Assembly (NCBI GenBank): GCA_963924565.1
Contig: OZ004611.1
Span: 21,452,001-21,516,000, forward strand
DNA from: Ascidiella aspersa
Lineage: Eukaryota
Reading direction: 5' to 3'
DNA length: 64,000 nucleotides
The notes beneath the pieces are model-generated. The model saw nothing but the letters and a program-made list of their open reading frames with translations. It did not search any database and had not been told where the DNA came from. A program made the position numbers and the translations under genes. Within the stretch, counting starts at the first letter, position 1; each line of letters opens with the position of its first letter. Positions 52,601 through 61,600 of the stretch are shown here, piece after piece.

Positions 52601-55600
52601 ACGCCCGCGTCGCCGTGAGTAACGACCACCTTGTACGCGGTGGCTCCTAAAATCAAGATATATGAGTGAATAAAACCAACTATTTCTTGTTTTGGAAGCA
52701 TTATGATTGGAAGTTGTAATAAGACTTAATAATATCAAAGCCAATAGAGAAGTAGGTAGCATTTCGTTAACGTTTTTGTGAAGGTTTTGAATAAAGAGTT
52801 ATTTTTATTACGTATTTCTTGTTTTGTTGGTTTTCAAAAATATAGCTTAAGTTAGAATCTCTCACCTTTTTGATTTTCCCAGTCGATCTGGGCAGTGTCG
52901 GTAGAAGTTGTGATAGTGGCACTTTCCGGGGCGTTCGGCACTGAAAAGCAACACTCAATAAATATTTGTTTCTAAAAAAAACTTAAAATGTTATTGGATA
53001 CACTGTTTACGCTCCAATGAGAAAATCGCAAAAAATATTCTATCGCACATTTTTGAAAAATAAGCAATATTGTATTTAATTTAGTTTAAACCAGCAACAC
53101 TGCAGGTACACGATTATAATGCGCATTTAAGCGACGATGTTCTGGCAGTAGAACGACATATATGGTTCAATTCCTAAAACGAACTTTTTCAAGGCGTAAA
53201 TTTTTTAACTTACGCGTGGATTCGACGATTTCGTCTGATGGAGCGCTTCGTAGATTCTCGTGACCAAGTGCAACAACGCTCAGGCGATATTCGGTGCCTG
53301 CTTCTAGGTTTTCAATGCCAAGTGACGTGGTTGCTGACGTCAGAACATTGACGTCACTGCCGTCGGTTGCAACGCTGACGTGGTACGACATTGCTCCTAC
53401 AAAGAACATGTTTGCGGTGGTTTTAGAAAGATTTGTAAATTTATAAAGTTGTATGAAGAAAATTTAATTTTTTTTACCGTAGACCTCGTCCCACGACGCA
53501 TTTAGTGACGTAGTTGTGACATCACTTAGTCTGAAGCTGCTTGGCTTTGATGGAACTAAATCAATAATGAATTTATCAATAAAGGTCATCAAACTATATT
53601 TTTTATTTTCTAACCGTTAAAAGCCCCCAAGTATGCTTAGTCACGACTGAAACTTACCAGTTTGCTGAGTAACAATGGCGCTTCCCTGTCTGTTGACACG
53701 ATCCGACGTGCCCACCGAAAACACTATGACGTCATAAAAGACACCGGGGCGTAAGTTGGAGATGAGGATATTGGATGACTGACTCTGCAACTCCTTAACA
53801 ACTTCTCCCTCGTAGTTTGACGTCACTCTGACGTCGTAACGTGTCGTACCTGTGAGTATTTGATCGTTGTAATAAGCTAACACAATGAATATGAACATCA
53901 AATGCTTCCACAACTTAATCGATAAACAGGTTTATTTGAAGTAACCTACCTTTGACGTCATTCCAGTCGAGCGAAATTGAAGTGGTTGTGACTTCAGTGA
54001 CGGTTGGTGTGTCAGGTGCGGAAGGAACTTTAAGATAAAATATCCAAGTTTTTTAAGAGAGCATGCCTTTACCTATGTTTAGTCATTTTTAAATCTCTCA
54101 ACATCATAAACTTAAAAAAGCCGATACCGGCATTTACTTAAAGTAAGGAAGCTACTTAATTGGGCTTTTTTACAAACACCCTACTTTTCTGAGTTCTTTC
54201 AGAAGTGGTCGCGAAAACTGCAGCACAACTTTACTTTGGCGTTAACATAACATCTAGTTATAGCAGAAATTCTCAACCTTTTATGGCTAACGGCATCCCT
54301 TAAAAATAATAAATAGATTTTCGGCACCCCGACTAGAATTTTCATTCAGTATTTTAGTGCAATGCTACTATAATGTCATTTGATATAATGGTCTCTAATC
54401 GTACACAAATAGTTGTATCAAGAAGCTTACCGATTAATCAAAAATCAGATTCCCCAAAATCCTCAAATACCTATCGGCACCCTTGAGCATTAGAAAATGC
54501 ACACCAGGGCGCCGCGGCACCCCGGTTGAGAACCACCGAGTTATAGGTACAAGTATTCAAAAATGTACCAATAAGCCTAACGAACCGGTTTGGTCTCGCA
54601 TCTCCAAACTTGCGTCGCTGATCAGTCCTTCCTGGCCGACGCTCTTTACCAGGAACCAGTACTCGGTTCCGCTGGCCAATGACGTCACCTCGACTGTGGT
54701 CGATGACGTATCGATCACCACTGCCACGTCATTTTCGGTAGTCCCGTACTCGACCTTGTAAGAAGCGGCACCTACAACAAAACGAAGGATTAAATTAGTT
54801 CAAACTTCAAACGAATGGCAAGATTTCCCGTTGCCATTGTTTAACCATTTTTCATTGTTTATACAAACGTTTTCTCAATTATACAAAGCAAATTCTTTAT
54901 TAAGAAAGAGACTTAATCTTAGATATATCTATTTCATTTTACAACCTCAAGCATAGAAACAACAATAGATGAATAACCACAAAAATAGAAGATAACCACA
55001 AAAAAGTAAAATACATAAGCCGACAGTAACTGTATAAATAACGAGAAAAATGAAGTATATTTTTTGTGCTGTTTATTTATATGTAATACACCACGCAACT
55101 GCCAACAGTAACACCACGCAACTGCCGACAGTGCACAATGTACAATCTTATTATTTGATTTAGTGCAATGTTCGCAAACAATCATAAAAAGATCTGAGAA
55201 AAAACGATTAAATATATTACAACTACAAAATATCATTCGATGTACCTTAGACATTAAACATGGCACCCCGGTTATGAACCATTGGTTTAAGCCAGGGATG
55301 TCCAACCCGTGGCCCGCGGGCCGCATTCCGGCCCATCTGATGTTTACGTGCGGCCCACTACTTATTCTCAGTTACAGTAGACTTTTTTTAAAACAATTGT
55401 TTCGACTATCATCAAAACGTGTAGAACGCGCAGTATTTGATGTAGGCCTAATCTTATATTTTTTCTGAAACTAGAATTGAGTCTCTTATTTTCAACATCC
55501 ATCAAACGCTTGTGCACACATTATTGTTAAGCAAGATATGTGTTTTTCTAATTGTTTGTTTATGCGACCATTTTAAGGAAATATATCAGCCCAAAGGTGC

Positions 55601-58600
55601 GTACCATGGTATGATACAGCACGTAAACTTAATTTTTCGCGCTTCGCCAAAACAAATGGGGCCGAGATTTAGGCTACTTGCATATAAGGCCGAGATTAAC
55701 TTGCATATTTGCGCGCGAGTGAACTCTCGAAGAGCGGGTGTTCGTAAGTTGATTTGTTTTATGACGTCACGATATGGCGTAAATTATGACGTCACCCCTT
55801 TAATTCGACAGGTTTTGCGGCCCATCGACATTTTTAAAGTGGCAATGCGGCCCATTCTGCTGAAAGGTTGGACATCCCTGGTTTAAGCAATAGTTACATT
55901 TTTACCAAATTTAAAAAACAAATTTTACTTCGGTTGTAGAACGCATGGAAAAATAAACCAACCTTTGACCCCGTTCCAGGTGAACCTCATTGACGAAGTG
56001 GTGACGTCACTTATTACTGTTCCATCCGGAGCGAGAGGAACTGTGACGTACATGACACGGGTTAATATGGATAAATGACGTCAGGTTATAAAATAAAATC
56101 AAATGTAAGGTTTAAAAAATTACACAACATTTAAATTTTTGTTAATTGTACAACAACATCCAAAGTCACCATTACTATTTGCAAAATTTATTATTTTAGT
56201 TATACAACACAGTCAAAGTCACGCTAACTAGTTTCTGAAGTTTTTTTTTTATATTTGTTAGATTCCAATGACGTCGTTTATAATAAGTAAAGTCTAACAA
56301 ACAATCACAGCTTTAAAAATATTTATAGGGTCGAGTTTTTATGTTGTACCAAACTGCCTCATTGAAGTTTCTAAATGCATTTTCGTCCAAACCATTTAAC
56401 CACCAAATAAAAGTGAACAAAAACCGACCTGTTTGAAGTTGTATCTTGTCGCTCCCTCTCTCGTTTCTCCGATCCTTGATTCCGACAGAGAAGACGACAA
56501 ACTCGTACCACGTGCCCGGCTCTAAGCCAATCACGTTTGCTTCTGGCGCTAAGGTGTTAACCACGCGTGGCTCTTCCGTCGTTTCGTTGTTCCGGTAATA
56601 CACCTGGTACTTTTGAGCACCTGCCAATCAAAACAGTTAACGTTATTCACTGTTAAAACTCTAGTCTATGCACTTGTGTGCAACAAGCTGATGCACATTA
56701 TTAGTGGCTTCTATAAGGTAAGTTAACAACATTAAGGCATTTGCTTCTGATAGCTCAAAGACAAAAAAATTATAAAAAAAAGGTTTTCCATGTATATATT
56801 TTTATATAACTACCAAGGGATATTATACGCATTTTATTTGAAATGCTTAAAACTTATTTTTATCTATATTTTACTTCCACGTTATTATCCTACAAGTAGA
56901 ACTTTTACATACATTGTCAGTTCAAAAGTATATGTGACACCAATTTACTCAATAACCCTAATATAATGTGAAATTGTGAATACTTCTAATCTTCTACCTG
57001 TTACTGGCTGCCATGACAACGATGCCGAGTTGATGGTGACGTCAGTTACGTCCACGCCGGATGTTCGAGCGGGTCCTGTCATTTATACGAAATACAAAAT
57101 AAGGCAAACAGAGAACGAAAGTTTGGTTCCACTCGTGAATTTAAGTACCCTTTCAAAAAGTACCTATAAAAGTATTCTATGGTAAAGATCTGAGGTTTTG
57201 CCAACTCCAAACTCAGTATATACAGTAGTTGGCTGAGGGTGGTGTATTTAAATATTTTAATGGCAGTTTCTTTTTAATAATTTTACTTCTATTATAACCC
57301 AAATTTTTGTTTAATAAACAAATGTGCACTTAAAAAGGTTAAATAGGACAATTTAAGTTTTATAACGTTATTTGGATGATGACGAATTTTTTTTTCACTT
57401 CACCAAACGAAAAACACTGGTAACTTAAAATAAATATTAAATAAACCTTTGAGTGCTATCATGTGAACGTATATAATCACGAAAATGTCAGGGAACTCAC
57501 GAGTGGCGTCACGAATCTCACGGCTCACGGCACTCTTTGCATCTCTGCCGACCGTCCTCAAAACAATGACGTAATTGGTTCCCGGCTGGAGACCCGTTAC
57601 TCTGTAGGAGGGCGCCTGTGACGTCGCCGGGACGTTGAAAATACCGATGATGTCACCCGTTGATGACGTAACGTCCACTTCGTAGGACTCGGCACCTGAA
57701 TGAAGAGTAAGCTTAAGGACGGGTAAAAAGTCTAATGACATTTTCGAAATTAATAGATAAAAATTTTACACGGTTAAAAAACGCAAATTTTGCAAAGGTT
57801 TTAAATATTACCACACACTTACGGTTTTTATTAAAATTTTAATATATGTTTTTTTCCCGGATAGCATTTACCACCTTAATAATGTTCTAATTAATTCATC
57901 ATTTTTTAGGGACCTTAGAAGCAAAGCTCCAAACCAGTAAAGTATAATTGCGCTAAACAGCCAACCCAAAACACTTTTTATTTTTTTTTATCGTTTCAGC
58001 GGGAAATTTTCTCGCTATACTGACCGGTAATTCTTCTCCAACTCAGGCGAATCGAGTTGATCGTGACTTCGTTGACGTCGATTTGGCTGGGAGGGTTTGG
58101 AACTGAACAAAAAGAGAAATAATTTGTTACACCAAAAGTTTTAAAATTGAAAAAATGTCGTAAATTTATGAACAACGGTAGTTGTATTGCGCAATGTCGT
58201 GAAGGTGTTGGCACAAACGAAGCCGGAATAAGGGTTCCTTCTAAATCTAAAGCTAGACCAGCGGTTCTCAACCAGTGGGCCATAGCTCACTGGTGGGCCA
58301 TAAGAACATTTGAGGTGGGCCACAGACCAATTTAAAAACGCTAGATTTAGTTTCATATATTTAATTTTACAGGAATAATGGCTTGGGGAGAAATTAAAAA
58401 GGAATGTAAATTTATTGTTCAGCCACAAGTATCTCACTAATGCACGGTTAAATAAATAATCTGTTTTGAAATATTTTCTGCTGTGTTTTGTTTTTTTCCT
58501 TCATAAAACTATTGGGCCGCAGAATTTTTTTTGCAACGTGGGCACTGAGCTAGACGATATGGAAATCAATATACATTTAAACCTAATTAATTATTAAATA

Positions 58601-61600
58601 GACAACCTATGCACTTTTAGCCAACCTACTTAAAATAATGTTGTTTAGCCTTTTTTCGTTCAATATTGAAAAACAGACACAAATAAAAAATAAAAAAAAA
58701 ACAGACACAAAATAAATAAAAAAACCGTAAAACTCATCAAATCTATGCTAATAAATCCTCAACAATAACAGAATAAAGAGTAACTAATATCTAAAAAGCA
58801 TCAGTTTATTTATCTTTTATACTTTGGGAAAAACATTTAACGGCGGATGACAAGTTAAACCTTGGTTTCTTCATATCAATCATTTGAACACTCCTCACCT
58901 GTCTGGATATTGACGACCAACGACTCGTCGGCATTGGTAACGTCAAGGTCACCGATAGAGGTCAACCTAAACTCGTAATAATTTCCTGGTCTCAAACCAG
59001 TCGCAGTCTGCGTGAGCAGGCCTGTTTCGAGACTAGTGGTGGTGGCATCGTTCACGTTCAAAACGGTTAGTCGGTATCTCGAAGCACCTTAAACATGTAA
59101 AAGTATACATCTTGAGCAATAATGGTTACTGGTTAGTAAACTATTCAGTTTTAAGGGCCAATACGTGATTATATTGTCAAATAAATGTAAATATATATTG
59201 TATAGATAGATGATCTTAAGACTATTTATAGAAAACAGGTTTAAAACATAAAATCTTTTAGAAATATATATTTCGCCTTATAAATAGCCATCGTTAGTTT
59301 CTGTCCAAAATGCTAACATTTTGGCATTTTATACATGTCTATTTCAAAGGTGAAATATATATATTTCTGTAAAGTTTTAAGAAATGGTTTTATGTTTTAT
59401 ACCTGTTTTCATAAACAGTCTTAAGATCATCTGATACGAAATCAAGAATCTTTCTTTTACATTTTATTGTCTGCGGGAGATTCCTTACTTCCTTAAGTGA
59501 CTCAGCTTATATTTTGTATAGCGTATAAAATAACCGCCATTGATTTGTGAAGGGGGATTACCTGTAGCTTGTGGCCAGCTGATTGTAACTTCTGTTGTCG
59601 TAACCGAATCGACGTCCCAACTTGTGACCGCATTAGGCACTGTAAGACGAAATAAAAGTTTGCAGACAAGGCTATGGTGCCGTGGCTAAAAAAAGTAAGC
59701 GGGAAATCGTATTTTTACAAGTTTACAATTTAGGTAAAACATGTATAGAATTTAGGTAAAAACACCTTAAAGAATCGTAAACACCTGACAAGAGGCACGA
59801 AACGATGTAATTAGAATTTAAATATGCAAAATATAGTTAAAAATCATTTACATAAGGAGAGCTACCATTGTTTATGAAAAAATTACGTTTATATTCTTTA
59901 ACTGGTTTGTGATTGGTAACAGAAATAATTTCAATATAGTTTCTAAAGCTAGATAACACTATACTGGTTGATAAGAATCAACTTACATGTTGCCCTGATA
60001 ACTTGGGCGCTTTCCCCGCTACTGAACACACCCTCCTCTCCGAACGAGCGAACCGTGAAGCGGTACTCCGTTCCCGGTTGCAGTGACGTAACTTGGTGTG
60101 ACGTGCCCTCCACCGTGACGTCATCGACCTCCACCTCGGCGCCGGAGTCGACGCGCAGAACGCGCACTTTGTAGAAACTGGAACCTGGCGAGCAACAAGC
60201 AACGGAGATTAGCAATTGAACAGGTTGACTAACAAACATAAAATTAAGAACTACAATAGGATATAATGATGATAAAAAAGGTTATGTTCATAAAAACAAA
60301 TAAAACAACATAAAATTATTTTCTAAATTTTCATAGAAATATATGTTTCGTCTATAAGGCATCGTCAGTTTTTGTACAAAAAGCAAATATGTAAAAATGC
60401 CAATAATAGTAGACTACTATGGTAGACATGTTTGCTTTTTGTACAGAAACTGACGATGCCTTATAGGGGAAATATATGTTTCTGTAAAATTTTAAGAAAT
60501 GATTTTATGTTTTACCTGTTTTTGTAAACAGTTTAAGACTATCTGATACGAAAACAAGAATCTTTCTTTTACATTTTAGTGTCTGCGGGAGATTCCTTAC
60601 TACCTAAAGTGTTTCAGCTTACAATAGAATATAAAAATTCGATGAAATCCATACGACTCTCTGTTTTTCCGACAACCACTCATCAAGCGGGTATAATTGT
60701 TTATAAAAAATAAAAACCCGTTTTGGGACGTCATTTCGGACCCATAAAGTATTTATTTTGTCCAGTTTTTCTCTATAGCATACTGTTATACATCACATTT
60801 ACCGGTGCCCATTGTAGTGTGCCTCTATAATAAAAAAATTAAAATTTTAAGTCTTTAATCTACCCTTTTTTTGTTTACTTTGATACGATATTCGGTTGAC
60901 GTACTTTGACGCTTAGTTTTGTGAACCATTAGCTTTTCACAAACAAACATTTGGGTAGTTGGGGTTTTCCCTTAATAATGTCTGTAACGGGGAAAATTTA
61001 AAACACGAAGACCATGCTAATGACCATTTTGAGTTTAGAAACACAATAACATTTACAGGGTAGCCTTTATCGTACCGTAAACGGCATCCCACGAAATTCT
61101 CGCGCTGGTGGTTGTGACGTCATCGGCATTGACGTTTTCCGGTGTAGAAGTAACTGAAAAGTAATTCAGCAAAGTTTGTTATAAAAGCTTCGGTTGTCAT
61201 ATCTAAAAAAGGCTTGGATATTAAATAAACCATAAGTGTAAAGGTTTACATCACAAAGTTACGTTTTATAAAAAAGAAAACATTTAGGATAGTAACGACA
61301 AAGGATAAAATTGTGAAATAATGTACGTACAATACCTATAGGATTCATTCATAATAAAAAATTGAATAATTCACTATTAGCAAGGCAAATATATTCTTTG
61401 TTTTATATCTCTAAAAAAAACGCTTTTACATCGCCCAAAGTGACAAACTTAAAGTGACTAAAGTAACTATACTATGCCATAAGATGTTGCACTGAATATC
61501 TCGACCTCAATTCCTAATCAGTAACAGCGGAAAAGTCTAGCCAAGCTTCCAATTCAGATCAGAAACTATTAAAAGTATAATCACATAGATTTTAAGATCT

